From positions 1-54,119 of the forward strand of contig JBFMGU010000039.1 in assembly GCA_040752415.1 (NCBI GenBank): 54,119 nt of DNA. The letters are read 5' to 3'. Of the stretch, positions 42,369-51,954 are shown one piece after another; position 1 is the first letter of the stretch; each line of letters begins with the position of its first letter. The position numbers and the translations under genes were made by a program. The notes below the pieces were generated by a model. The model was not told the DNA's origin, made no database searches, and saw only the letters and a program-made list of their open reading frames with translations. The DNA comes from Myxococcota bacterium. Lineage in GTDB: Bacteria > Myxococcota > JACRCW01.

Positions 42369-43322
42369 CTAGCCCGCCGACGGAGACAGCGCGGTCGGGG
42401 GCACGCTCAGGTTGGGGACGCCCAGCCAGCCGTGCGAGCGCGCGCTGCGGGACTCCGGGTACAGCTCCGCAGCGGAGACCCACTCAAACGCGTCCGCACG
42501 CGCCAGCAGCGCGCGGGACAGCTCATGGTGGAGGGCGTGGCCGGACTTGTTGAGCACCACCGCGCCCAGCAGACGCCCGCCGAGCATGTAGAGGTCACCC
42601 ACCGCGTCCAGGATCTTGTGGCGCACGGGCTCATCCTTGAAGCGCAGCCCGTCGGGGTTCAGCACGCCGGTCTCATCCAGCACCACCGCGTTCTCCAGGC
42701 TGCCACCCTTGCACAGGCCCATGGCGCGCATCTTCTCGACGTCGCGGTAGAGGCAGAACGTGCGTGCGGTGCTGATGTCCGAACGGAAGCTCTCGCCCGT
42801 CACGTGCATGCTCAACGACTGCACCCCGACGAGCGGATGCAGGAACTCGATGCTGCAGGCCACCGAGAAGCTCTCCGCGGGGCAGAGACGCGCCCAGCGG
42901 TCTCCGTCGCGGACCTCCACGGTCTCCCGCACGCGCAGGAGCCGACGCGGACGGGACTGGCGCGCCAAACCCGCCTCCCGGATGAGCGCAATCCAGGGCG
43001 CGGAGGAGCCGTCCATCACCGGCACTTCCGGCCCGGCAATGTCCACCACCGCGTTGTCCACGCCCTCGGCAGCCAGCGCCGCCATGAGGTGCTCCACCGT
43101 GGCCACCGTGGCCTTGCCCACGCCGATGGTGGTGGCGAGCCGCGCGTCCACCACGTTCTGCACCACGGCGGGGACCTCCGGGGAGCCCGGAAGGTCCGTC
43201 CTGCGGAACACCACCCCCGTCCCCTCGGCGGCAGGCCGCAGGGTCACCTGGATCATCGCCCCCGAGTGCAGACCCACGCCGGCTCCGGAGACCGGTCGGC
43301 TGAGGGTGTGCTGGCGAATCAT
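42369..43322 (-). CDS. lpxC: UDP-3-O-acyl-N-acetylglucosamine deacetylase (start may be 43328 or 43340)
   Basis: [46 protein letters not shown]. Confidence 0.97.
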   Translation of the reverse strand: MIRQHTLSRPVSGAGVGLHSGAMIQVTLRPAAEGTGVVFRRTDLPGSPEVPAVVQNVVDARLATTIGVGKATVATVEHLMAALAAEGVDNAVVDIAGPEVPVMDGSSAPWIALIREAGLARQSRPRRLLRVRETVEVRDGDRWARLCPAESFSVACSIEFLHPLVGVQSLSMHVTGESFRSDISTARTFCLYRDVEKMRAMGLCKGGSLENAVVLDETGVLNPDGLRFKDEPVRHKILDAVGDLYMLGGRLLGAVVLNKSGHALHHELSRALLARADAFEWVSAAELYPESRSARSHGWLGVPNLSVPPTALSPSAG

Positions 43323-43386
43323 GGTCATGATGGGTCCCATTGGGAGGCGCAGCGGAAGAGCCACGCCCTGCTGGCGGGGGGCACAC

Positions 43387-43402
43387 AGCAAGGCTCGTGC
43401 CC
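43387..43402 (-). promoter_or_regulatory. Putative sigma54 promoter of lpxC
   Basis: Minus strand GGGCACG-AGCC-TTGCT with canonical -24/-12 spacing. Confidence 0.6.
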
Positions 43403-43656
43403 TGCCACTTTCCCGACGGGAGGAAATTCAATTTCTCGCGATATTCCCGCCCCGAACACGCCCAAGCCCTGCCAAATGGGGGGTGTGGCCGGGTCGTCTC
43501 AGTGTGACCGGGCGGCACAGGCCACTGGGCGGTGGATTCACACCCGGCGGGAAGAAGGAAGGCGGGTGGCCGGTTGGCATGGGCCCGGTCGTCGTCGGTG
43601 GAGCGCACGTCGTTGTTGACGGAGTCCGGGGTCCCCTCCCAAGCTTGGACACCATC

Positions 43657-44880
43657 ATGGGCAAGGTTCTGGGAATGATTCTCGCCGGCGGTGAAGGCCG
43701 CCGACTCTGGCCGCTCACCGCCGACCGCGCAAAGCCCGCGGTCCCCTTTGGCGGGAAGTACCGGCTCATCGACTTCGTGCTCAGCAACTTTGCGCACTCA
43801 GGTTTCCTGCGGCTCAAGGTGCTGACGCAATACAAGTCGGAGAGCCTCAACGTGCACATCAGCCGCGGCTGGCGACTCAGCACGCTGCTGGACAACTACA
43901 TCGAGGTGGTGCCGCCGCAGCAGCGCATCAACCGCGACTGGTACAAGGGCAGCGCCGACGCCATCTACCAGAACCTCAACCTCATCACCGACGAGAAGCC
44001 TTCCGAGGTGTTCGTCTTTGGCGCCGACCACGTCTACCGCATGGACCTCAGCCAGATGCTCCGCTTGCACCGGAAGCGCGGCGTGGCCTGCACCGTGGCG
44101 GCGTTGCCCGTGCCCATCAACCAGGCGCACCAGTTTGGCGTCATCGAGATCGACCCGAACTGGATGATGGTCGGGTTCGACGAGAAGCCGAAGAATCCCA
44201 AGTGCATCCCCGGGCGCCCGGACCTGGCGCTGGTGTCCATGGGCAATTACCTGTTCGACACCGCCACGCTCGTCGCGGAGCTGACGCGCGACGCCGCCAC
44301 GGAGAGCAGCCACGACTTCGGTCGGGACATCCTCACCGGGATGTTGGGGCGCTACCCGATCTTCATCTACGACTTCCTCCGCAACGAGGTCCCCGGCCAG
44401 GAAGGCGACGAGAAAGGCTACTGGCGCGACGTGGGAACCATTGACGCCTACTGGCAGGCGCAGATGGACCTGGTCAGCGTCAAGCCCGTCTTCAGCCTCT
44501 ACAACAAGGAATGGCCGCTGCTGACCTTCAACCAGACGCTGCCGCCCGCCAAGTTCGTCTTCGACGACCCGGCCAGCCAGCGACAAGGCCTCGCGCTCAA
44601 CTCCATGGTGAGCGACGGGTGCATTGTGTCGGGTGGTCGGCTGCGTCGCTGCGTGCTGTCCCCGGAGGTGCGCGTCAACAGCTACTCCGAGCTGGAGGAG
44701 TGCGTGGTGTTTGACGGCGTGCAGGTGGGACGTCGGAGCCGGCTGCGAAGGTGCATCATTGACAAGAACGTCAACATCCCGCCGGACACCGTGATTGGCT
44801 ACGATCCCGCGGCAGACCGCGCGCGGTTCACCGTCAGCGACAACGGCGTGGTGGTCATCCCCAAGGGCTACCAGTTCTGA
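43657..44880 (+). CDS. glgC: Glucose-1-phosphate adenylyltransferase
   Basis: [50 protein letters not shown]. Confidence 0.97.
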   Translation: MGKVLGMILAGGEGRRLWPLTADRAKPAVPFGGKYRLIDFVLSNFAHSGFLRLKVLTQYKSESLNVHISRGWRLSTLLDNYIEVVPPQQRINRDWYKGSADAIYQNLNLITDEKPSEVFVFGADHVYRMDLSQMLRLHRKRGVACTVAALPVPINQAHQFGVIEIDPNWMMVGFDEKPKNPKCIPGRPDLALVSMGNYLFDTATLVAELTRDAATESSHDFGRDILTGMLGRYPIFIYDFLRNEVPGQEGDEKGYWRDVGTIDAYWQAQMDLVSVKPVFSLYNKEWPLLTFNQTLPPAKFVFDDPASQRQGLALNSMVSDGCIVSGGRLRRCVLSPEVRVNSYSELEECVVFDGVQVGRRSRLRRCIIDKNVNIPPDTVIGYDPAADRARFTVSDNGVVVIPKGYQF

Positions 44881-44917
44881 AGCGGACACCCAGCGCCCTC
44901 GCGGCTAGGATTGGCGC

Positions 44918-45489
44918 ATGGTGTCGGCTGCGCGGAAGCTGGATCACACCGCAACCATGGCGGACCTGGAGGCTCTCCCGGGCAATGTGAAGGGGGAGAT
45001 CATCGACGGGGTCCTGTACACACAGCCCCGTCCCCGCCCTTGATACAGCTACGCCATCGGCGCGGTGGCGACGAGTTTGACGCCCATCTTCACGAACAAC
45101 CGGGGCGGGTTGGGCGCTTGGCTGCTGTTGATTGAGCCCGGCATCGAGCTGCACGGGGCTCCGGAAGTGGCCCCGGACCTGGCGTGCTGGCGACGGGAGC
45201 GGTTCCCGCGTTTGACCCCGACGACGGGCTGCGCGTGGTGCCGGATTGGATCTGCGAGGTGCTCTCGCCCAGCAACAGCAGCTACGACCGGAAGATCAAG
45301 TTCCCCTTCTACGCGCGGGTCGGCGTGCCCTGGCTCTGGGTCATCGATCCCCGTGCCCGGACGCTCGAGGTGAAACGCCTCCTGAACGGCGCGTGGATGG
45401 ACTCCGCGGTGTTCGCCGAGGAGCAGCTGGTCCGCGCGGAGCCCTTCGGCGCCGTGGAATTCCCCCTCTCCGCACTCTGGCTGCCCTGA
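44918..45489 (+). pseudogene. Uma2 family endonuclease pseudogene
   Basis: MVSAARK..ADLEALP..GEIIDGVLYTQPRPRP, in-frame TGA at 45041, continues APDLACWRRER, frameshift near 45205-45220 into PDWICEVLSPS..YARVGVPWLWVIDP. Confidence 0.85.
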
Positions 45490-45530
45490 ACACGCGTCTG
45501 GCCTGGTTGCACTCCAACGCGTCAACCTCT

Positions 45531-45548
45531 ATTGACTCCCCAATCAAT
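45531..45548. promoter_or_regulatory. Palindromic operator candidate overlapping a TTGACT -35 upstream of the thiolase
   Basis: ATTGACT-CCCC-AATCAAT; adjacent GTCAA-N6-TTGAC at 45521-45536. Confidence 0.45.
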
Positions 45549-45594
45549 CTTGCGTGTGACGGCCAGCGGCCGCGCACCGTAACGGGAGCAGCTC

Positions 45595-46758
45595 ATGCGA
45601 GAGGCAGTGATCGTCGACGCCATCCGGACCGCGCGCGGGAAGCGGAAGGGTTCCTTTGCCAACACGCATCCCATGGACCTTCCGGCCCATCTGTTGCGCA
45701 GCATCCTCAAGCGCCAGCCGAAGTTGTCCCCGGAGCTGGTTGACGACGTCATCCTGGGCTGCGTCACCCCGGTGGGCGAGCAGGGATTCAACATTGCCCG
45801 TGGCGCCGTGCTGGCCTCCGGCATGCCCATCAGCGTGGCGGGCACCACCATCAACCGCTTCTGCGGCAGCGGCCAGCAGGCGGTGCACTTTGCGGCGCAG
45901 GCGGTGATGAGCGGTGAGATGGACGTGGTGCTGGCCGGCGGCGTGGAGCACATGACCCGCGTCCCCATGGGCAGCGACGGCCTGGGTGGCGACGGACCCA
46001 TGAGCAAGCAGCTCCTCGAGCGGTTCCCCGATCTGGTTCCCCAGGGCCTCTCCGCCGAGATGGTGGCCGCCAAGTGGGGCTACAACCGGCAGCAGGTGGA
46101 CGCGTTTGCGCTGGAGAGCCAGAAGCGCGCGGCCAACGCCATGGAGAAGGGCTACTTCAAGAACGAGATTGTTCCCATGGAGGTCACCGACGCCGACGGG
46201 AACAAGAAGATCGTCGACACCGACGAGCACGCCCGCCCCAACACCACCCTGGAGGGCCTGGGCGGACTGAAGCTGGCCTTCAAGGAGGACGGCGTCATCA
46301 CCGCGGGGAACAGCAGCGGCATCGTCGACGGGGCGAGCATTGTGCTGGTCATGGAGAAGCAGAAGGCGTTCTCCCTGGGCCTCAAGCCGCGCGCCAGGAT
46401 CACCAACATGACCGTGGCGGGCAGCGACCCGGTGATCATGCTGACCGGGCCCATTCCCTCGACGCAGAAGTCGCTGGCGCGCGCGGGGCTGAAGGCCAAG
46501 GACATTGACCTCGTCGAGATCAATGAGGCCTTTGCGCCGGTGCCCATGGCGGTGAACCAGGAGATCGGGTTCGACCACGCCAAGGTGAACGTGAACGGCG
46601 GCGCCATTGCGCTGGGCCACCCGCTGGGCGCCACCGGCGGCATCCTCATGGCGACCCTGCTCAATGAGATGGAGCGTCGCGACGTGCGCTACGGCCTCCA
46701 GACCATGTGCATTGGCTACGGGATGGGCATCACCTGCATCCTCGACCGCAAGGTCTGA
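45595..46758 (+). CDS. Thiolase (acetyl-CoA C-acyltransferase)
   Basis: INRFCGSG, TAGNSS, EINEAFA, GGAIALGHPLGATG, TMCIGYGMG. Confidence 0.96.
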   Translation: MREAVIVDAIRTARGKRKGSFANTHPMDLPAHLLRSILKRQPKLSPELVDDVILGCVTPVGEQGFNIARGAVLASGMPISVAGTTINRFCGSGQQAVHFAAQAVMSGEMDVVLAGGVEHMTRVPMGSDGLGGDGPMSKQLLERFPDLVPQGLSAEMVAAKWGYNRQQVDAFALESQKRAANAMEKGYFKNEIVPMEVTDADGNKKIVDTDEHARPNTTLEGLGGLKLAFKEDGVITAGNSSGIVDGASIVLVMEKQKAFSLGLKPRARITNMTVAGSDPVIMLTGPIPSTQKSLARAGLKAKDIDLVEINEAFAPVPMAVNQEIGFDHAKVNVNGGAIALGHPLGATGGILMATLLNEMERRDVRYGLQTMCIGYGMGITCILDRKV

Positions 46759-46796
46759 GACGTCCGGCCCCGTCTCCGCGTCGAGGATTGCCGACG

Positions 46797-47489
46797 TCAG
46801 AAAGCATGGAACTGGGTTCCAGATGGAACACCTTGCCTCCGGATCCAGGTGAACGGATCGCAGTCCTTCAGCTGATCGTGAATTGCGTTCCATCCTGGCG
46901 AAGCGTCGATCTCGTGAACGTAGGTCTGCTGTGGAGTGTTCGCGAGGAGCTCACCACGTACGCTGGTTGACGTGTCGGCGTAGATGAGCTGCACGCGAAT
47001 CGTCTCGCCGCAGTTCCCCTCGCCATACCATCCAAGGCTTCGGGCGTTTGCCCCGGCGGAGTCGGTGAGAACGATGCTGGGCGCAGTCCAGCGCGCGCTG
47101 GATGGTTCAATCGTCAAGGAGCAACCCTCGCCGCAGCCCAGTGGCAGCGCGAGCGACTCCGTCGGCGGCGGGGCAAGGGGAACGGAGAATGTCCCGTCAC
47201 TCCGAACAGGGGCGCTTCCGATTTCCACGACGGCAGCGCCGCCATCCTGAGAATCCCTGGAAGCGACGATACGGACGTGGGTGCCGACGTCACTGGTCCA
47301 GTCCTGCTCTCCCGCTGCCGTATGGACCCGAATTCGGCCACTCAGCTCCGTGAGCACCGCGGTGTCGACCTGAACGCCAGCGTCCGTTGTGGACGAACCT
47401 GCCGAAGCATCTGATTGTCCCGTCGCGGGGAGGCAGGCGAAGAGCGACAGAATCATGGTGGCAGCCAGCCATTGAGCTGTGTGAATCAA
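46797..47489 (-). CDS. Hypothetical lipoprotein with atypical composition
   Basis: GAGGAGG RBS before TTG 47489; lipobox-like LFAC; visibly more A/T than neighbouring genes. Confidence 0.65.
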   Translation of the reverse strand: MIHTAQWLAATMILSLFACLPATGQSDASAGSSTTDAGVQVDTAVLTELSGRIRVHTAAGEQDWTSDVGTHVRIVASRDSQDGGAAVVEIGSAPVRSDGTFSVPLAPPPTESLALPLGCGEGCSLTIEPSSARWTAPSIVLTDSAGANARSLGWYGEGNCGETIRVQLIYADTSTSVRGELLANTPQQTYVHEIDASPGWNAIHDQLKDCDPFTWIRRQGVPSGTQFHAF

Positions 47490-47674
47490 GAATCCTCCTC
47501 GGGTGCAGCCCTTCTGATGTTGGGAGAGTTGTTCATGCCCCGCACCGAACGTCTGAGCTTCGACCATGGGTCGACACACGGGACACACACGCAGCACCTA
47601 CGCTGGACCCTCTCGCCAGGCGCGCAATTGGCCACGGCTGCATATGACGGGCCAGATGGGCTGGCTCAGCGGAC

Positions 47675-47809
47675 GAGGCCACTTCGCTGGTGCCGATGGC
47701 GGTGAACCACGAGATCGGGTTTGACCACGCCAAGGTGAACATGAACGGCGGCGCCATGGGCTCATGGCCACCCTGCTCAACGAGATGGAGCGTCGCGACG
47801 TGCGCTACG
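47675..47809 (+). pseudogene. Degenerate direct repeat of the thiolase 3' region (46525-46693)
   Basis: ggtgccgatggcggtgaaccacgagatcgggtttgaccacgccaaggtgaac...ctcatggccaccctgctcaacgagatggagcgtcgcgacgtgcgctacg matches the thiolase, with about 34 nt missing. Confidence 0.9.
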
Positions 47810-47859
47810 ACCCGCACACCGTCGCAGCTGGCGGTGTAGAGCCTGGTTTCGTCGGCGTT

Positions 47860-48330
47860 TCAAAGCTTGTTGAGCACCAGCACGTCCGCAAACGCAATCT
47901 GCTGCTGGCACTCCGGGCTCTGGGTCCAGATGCAGTGCCACGTGGCGCGCGTCCACCAACGTGACAATGCCGTCCAGGTGGAAGTGTCGCTGCACCTCGT
48001 CGTCGTCGAAGAACGTCTGCGCCACGGGCGCGGGGTCCGCGAGGCCGGTGGTTTCCAACAGCACGTGGTCGAACCGGTCCGGCGCTTCACCAGGCTTCCG
48101 AGTATCCGGATGAGGTCCCCGCGCACGGTGCAGCAGATGCACCCGTTGTTCATCTCGAAGACCTCTTCGTCGGCGTTGATGACCAGCCCCTGGTCAATGC
48201 CGACTTCGCCGAATTCGTTCTCGATCACGGCAATGCGCAAGCCATGTTGTTCGCTGAGGATGCGGTTGAGCAGCGTGGTCTTGCCCGAGCCGAGAAAACC
48301 GGTGAGCACGGTGACGGGAATGGAGGACAT
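47860..48330 (-). pseudogene. Truncated, frameshifted COG0523/CobW-family metallochaperone GTPase
   Basis: [25 protein letters not shown]; frameshift near 48080 to [16 protein letters not shown]; frameshift near 47923 to [12 protein letters not shown] then stop; no CobW_C domain. Confidence 0.85.
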
Positions 48331-48344
48331 GACGGTTCCCTTCT

Positions 48345-48956
48345 TCAGGAGTTGGGTGAAATGAGCGGGGCCACCAGCAGCCAGGTGGCGATGGCGATCG
48401 ACGCGCCCGCGGCAGCGCGAAGCACCCAGGTGCGGTGGCGGTCCTGGAAACGGCCGGCGACGTGCAGGGGCCAGGACAGGATGAGTGTCATGATTCCCAT
48501 CCCGAACACCGTCCCCAACCCATAGAAGACCAGGTAGACCACGGCGGTGTGACGGTCCTGCATCGTCGTCAGGGCCAGCAGCGCCACGCCCGCCGAGCCC
48601 GCCAGGCCATGCAACAGCCCCAGGAGCACGCTGGCGCGTCCGCGTGCGGGATGCGCGTGGCCCGGACAGTCCGCGTGGCGCCACTGCGAGACGCCCAGCA
48701 CCAGGAGCGACACGGCGACGGTGAGCTCCACCGCGCTCTCCAGCGCTGCCGGGAGCCGGAGATCCAGCAGCAGCAGCGCCAGACCCACGCTGAAGAACGA
48801 CACGGAGTGCCCGAGGCTCCACCACGCCGCGGTGCGAAGCGCCTGGGCCCGCCCGTGGCACGCGCGCAGGAGAGATGCCACCGCGCAGACATGATCCGCG
48901 TCGGAGGCGTGCCGGAGCCCCAGCAGGAGCCCGAGCTGGACGGCATGGGAGAACAT
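48345..48956 (-). CDS. NiCoT/UreH-type nickel-cobalt permease
   Basis: [34 protein letters not shown]. Confidence 0.85.
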   Translation of the reverse strand: MFSHAVQLGLLLGLRHASDADHVCAVASLLRACHGRAQALRTAAWWSLGHSVSFFSVGLALLLLDLRLPAALESAVELTVAVSLLVLGVSQWRHADCPGHAHPARGRASVLLGLLHGLAGSAGVALLALTTMQDRHTAVVYLVFYGLGTVFGMGIMTLILSWPLHVAGRFQDRHRTWVLRAAAGASIAIATWLLVAPLISPNS

Positions 48957-48960
48957 GGGA

Positions 48961-49404
48961 TCAACCTGCCGTGACGACGTGATGGTGCCGTGGGCGCAGC
49001 CACATCCGCACCGGGATGGAGGCCAGCATGGTCAGCATTCCCAGCCATTCCAGCGCGGGGACTTCTCCCAACGCGTGACCGGCCAGCATGAGCACCGCAC
49101 CCGCCACGGTGAGCCAGAACGGCGGGTGCATCCCTGAGCGCCACAGGTCCCAGGCGCCCCCGCCCAGCGCAATGGCCAGCGAGGCCAGCAGCAACACGTC
49201 GTGGCCGCCCTCGCCGACGACCGCGGTGACGCCCAGGACCGACAACACGGGCTTCCACAGGGAAACGCACGCGGGACATGCCGCGCAGCCAAGGACGGGA
49301 AGAACCGCGGCCAGGCCGCCGCGACGAGAAGGTTGCTTCTGGCAAGAATGGGCGTGATGGGCGCAGTCGCACTGCGTCCCGTGACCAATGAGCGTCATGG
49401 GCAT
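48961..49404 (-). CDS. MerC-like metal-binding membrane protein
   Basis: His/Cys-rich N-terminus, CAACPAC, four hydrophobic segments, HHH tail. Confidence 0.65.
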   Translation of the reverse strand: MPMTLIGHGTQCDCAHHAHSCQKQPSRRGGLAAVLPVLGCAACPACVSLWKPVLSVLGVTAVVGEGGHDVLLLASLAIALGGGAWDLWRSGMHPPFWLTVAGAVLMLAGHALGEVPALEWLGMLTMLASIPVRMWLRPRHHHVVTAG

Positions 49405-49613
49405 TCCTCAGCAAAGGGTGTGATGGGACGACGTGACGCCCCTACCAGGTGCACCACCTCGCCGTGCGTGGGACACGTGGCGTGCGCAAACACGACGTGG
49501 TGCAGCATTGTCGCGGCGTGCCCGGCCACGAGGCTGACGGCCAACAACGCGGCCGTGACCACGTCACCAGGACGCGTGGTGCGCACCGGTGGGCGCTTGA
49601 TGGCAGTTGGCAT
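49395..49613 (-). CDS. Small His/Cys-containing membrane peptide (DUF2946-like)
   Basis: Hydrophobic segment followed by HHVVFAHATCPTHGEVVH; may be truncated. Confidence 0.5.
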   Translation of the reverse strand: MPTAIKRPPVRTTRPGDVVTAALLAVSLVAGHAATMLHHVVFAHATCPTHGEVVHLVGASRRPITPFAEECP

Positions 49614-49664
49614 CGGGCTCACGGCGCGCACGGTTACGGAGCGCCTCCCGCGTGGGCAACCGTG

Positions 49665-49681
49665 ATGCGACAGTTTCGCAT
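49665..49681. promoter_or_regulatory. Candidate Zur/Fur-family operator
   Basis: 7-3-7 palindrome ATGCGAC-AGT-TTCGCAT just downstream of the Fur-family gene and upstream of the metal genes. Confidence 0.55.
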
Positions 49682-49720
49682 TAGAGATCCAAGAGGTTGC
49701 GACGGAGGCGCAGAACGTCG

Positions 49721-50191
49721 TCATCCGCGACCACGGCAGCGACGGCAGGTCCCGGGCACTTCCACGGCGTGCTCGTCAGGCTCGAACTCCAGCCCGCGCC
49801 CCACCGCCGCCTTCAGGAGCCCCGGGATGTCCACTTCAACGACGCCACGGCAGGTGTTGCAGACCAGCAGGTGGTGCGAGGCGGCGTGGCCCGCCAGGCT
49901 GCTGTGCGGGAGCTGACACCCCACGTAGCCACCCAGCCGCGCGCTGTGGTGCACCAGGCCTTGCCGCATCAACACCGCCAGCGTCCGGAACACGCTCGCA
50001 CGGTCCACGGGCTCCCCCTCCATGGCCAGGCGCTCCTCCAGCTCGCGGGCGGTGAGAAGCTGGCGGGTCCGGCCCAGCAGCGACACGATGGCCCGTCGTG
50101 GCCGGGTCAGACTGAAGCCGCGGCTGCGCAGCGTTTCCAGGCACGTCTCCTCAAAGCCACCTGGGGCAGAAGCATGCGACGACACCTTCAT
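49721..50191 (-). CDS. Fur-family transcriptional regulator (probably Zur)
   Basis: LTRPRRAIV, DRASVFRTL, GYVGC, HHLLVCNTC, VPGTCRRC. Confidence 0.9.
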   Translation of the reverse strand: MKVSSHASAPGGFEETCLETLRSRGFSLTRPRRAIVSLLGRTRQLLTARELEERLAMEGEPVDRASVFRTLAVLMRQGLVHHSARLGGYVGCQLPHSSLAGHAASHHLLVCNTCRGVVEVDIPGLLKAAVGRGLEFEPDEHAVEVPGTCRRCRGRG

Positions 50192-50262
50192 GGGCGGTGC
50201 TCCATGCCTTGGGAGCGCGCCCGGCGCGGGAATGGACACGCCACGCCGGGCGCCGCTGGTCC

Positions 50263-51213
50263 TCAGTCGAGGATTCGCCGCGTGGGACACTCGCCCTCGC
50301 CCTGGAAATCACCCAGGGTCCGGGCCTGCGCTTCCACGTAGTCCCGCGCGGTGTTCACCGGGATGATGGCGCCGGACAGGTTGTAGCCCTCGCTGGCGGG
50401 GAACACGTCGGACGCCGCCACCTGCCCCAGCTCCGCCAGCGTGGTCTCTCCGTCGTGGTCCAGGTCGCCATTGGCAATCCACTGCGCTTTGCGCTCGGTG
50501 ATCTCCTCGCCTTGCGTGATGTTGGTGAAGAACCAGTGGTCGCCGTGGATGGTCGGCTTGACCTGGGCGGTGCCTCCGGTGGGAATGCTGAAGCCGGAGT
50601 CGCCCTCAGGTGGCGCGCAGTCATCGAACGCGGTGCCGGCCGCCAGGCCCCAGCGGAAGCGGACCTCCGCCGCTGCCACGCACTGGTTGGGTTGCGTGGG
50701 TGAGCAGGACTGCCCGTCCGTCTTGCTGATGACCCCTTCGATGAAGATCGAGTAGCCGTTCTGCTTCATCATCGCGCAGTCGTCGGCGGAGATGCCCGGC
50801 GCGCACGTGGATGACGCCGAGGCGTTCGGAATGTCATAGCCCACCCTGTCGTAACGAATCGCGGCAACGTCAGTGAACTCCGCCAGGACCAGCCCGCCCA
50901 CGGGAAGGCTCCGGAGGTCCACCACGAGCACGTCGGGCTTGGCCAAGGATGCCTGGCTGTTGGCGCTGGACGTTGCGCGGAAGTTGCCCACCACGGCCAG
51001 GAACTTGTCGTAGCGCACGGTCCAGCCGTCCTGGATGTTCTCTTCCCCGTCGCCGGGCTCCAGGCCCTCGGGGATGGTGTCCTCCGCCTCCAGGAAGATC
51101 TGCGCGTTGCCCTTGGCCTGCGCTCCGCCCGAGGAGGACGAGGCGTCGTCGGTTCCGGTTTCGCAAGCGGAAAGCGCCACACACACGGCGCCGGTCATCA
51201 GGTGCTTTCTCAT
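50263..51213 (-). CDS. Lipoprotein associated with TonB-dependent receptor
   Basis: Lipobox LSAC; DGWTVRYDKFL, TIHGDHWFF, EF-hand-like DLDHDGETTLAEL. Confidence 0.85.
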   Translation of the reverse strand: MRKHLMTGAVCVALSACETGTDDASSSSGGAQAKGNAQIFLEAEDTIPEGLEPGDGEENIQDGWTVRYDKFLAVVGNFRATSSANSQASLAKPDVLVVDLRSLPVGGLVLAEFTDVAAIRYDRVGYDIPNASASSTCAPGISADDCAMMKQNGYSIFIEGVISKTDGQSCSPTQPNQCVAAAEVRFRWGLAAGTAFDDCAPPEGDSGFSIPTGGTAQVKPTIHGDHWFFTNITQGEEITERKAQWIANGDLDHDGETTLAELGQVAASDVFPASEGYNLSGAIIPVNTARDYVEAQARTLGDFQGEGECPTRRILD

Positions 51214-51225
51214 GCTCTTCTGCTC

Positions 51226-51942
51226 CTACGGTGCCACCCAGCGGAATTGCGGCGTGGCGTTGGCCGTCATGGCCACAAGAACTGCGTTGGCCGCGCGGGA
51301 ATCCGCGGGAACGACCACGACGTCGTCCGCGGGCGCGTCCACGAATTCGTCAAAGTCGACGCCGGACCACCAGAGGTTCGGGTCCACCGTCACCTCCAGG
51401 CGCGTGTGGCTGTCCAGGACATCCGCGCTGGTGCGCGCGCCCTGCACCACGTGGGTTCCCTGCGCGCGCGGGATGGCGTCGATGTTGGCAACAAAGCGGA
51501 GCGTCCGGTCTCCCCGCGTGGCCCGGCCCCGAAACACCGCCGAGTGCCCGTCGACGGCGCCTTGCAACGCGCGCGGCTGCGTGTCGGTCTCAAGCCAGAC
51601 GATGCCGAAGTCGTATTGCGCGGAGCCGATGGAACCGGTGACGCCGTGCACGGTCCCCAGGTGCTGCGACCGCGGGTCCAACGCATCCCATGGCCACGTG
51701 GCCAACAGCTCGGCTCGCGCCGACGGGCAGAGGTCGGCGGAGGCGGCCTGGGTGGCGCAGAAGTAGACCGGGCCCAGCGCCACGCGCGCTTCTTCCAGCG
51801 TCACCTGCCAACCGCCGCGCGCCTCCACCACCCGCGCCGCACGGCCCACCCCCACCGCGGCGTACTCGACTTCACGCTGGCCGCTGGCGCCGCACGAGAG
51901 GACGAACGCCAGGAAGATGCAGATGCAGCGCGTGGTGTTCAC
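51226..51942 (-). CDS. Lipoprotein associated with TonB-dependent receptor
   Basis: Lipobox VLSC; GWQVTLEEARVALGPVYFC. Confidence 0.82.
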   Translation of the reverse strand: MNTTRCICIFLAFVLSCGASGQREVEYAAVGVGRAARVVEARGGWQVTLEEARVALGPVYFCATQAASADLCPSARAELLATWPWDALDPRSQHLGTVHGVTGSIGSAQYDFGIVWLETDTQPRALQGAVDGHSAVFRGRATRGDRTLRFVANIDAIPRAQGTHVVQGARTSADVLDSHTRLEVTVDPNLWWSGVDFDEFVDAPADDVVVVPADSRAANAVLVAMTANATPQFRWVAP

Positions 51943-51954
51943 GACGGGGCTCCT

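Noticed and set aside
42760..43656. Apparent N-terminal extension of GlgC
   Set aside because: Overlaps lpxC antisense; GlgC homology starts at 43657
45041..45043. In-frame TGA in Uma2 as selenocysteine or readthrough
   Set aside because: The position is not a Cys site and a downstream frameshift also breaks the gene
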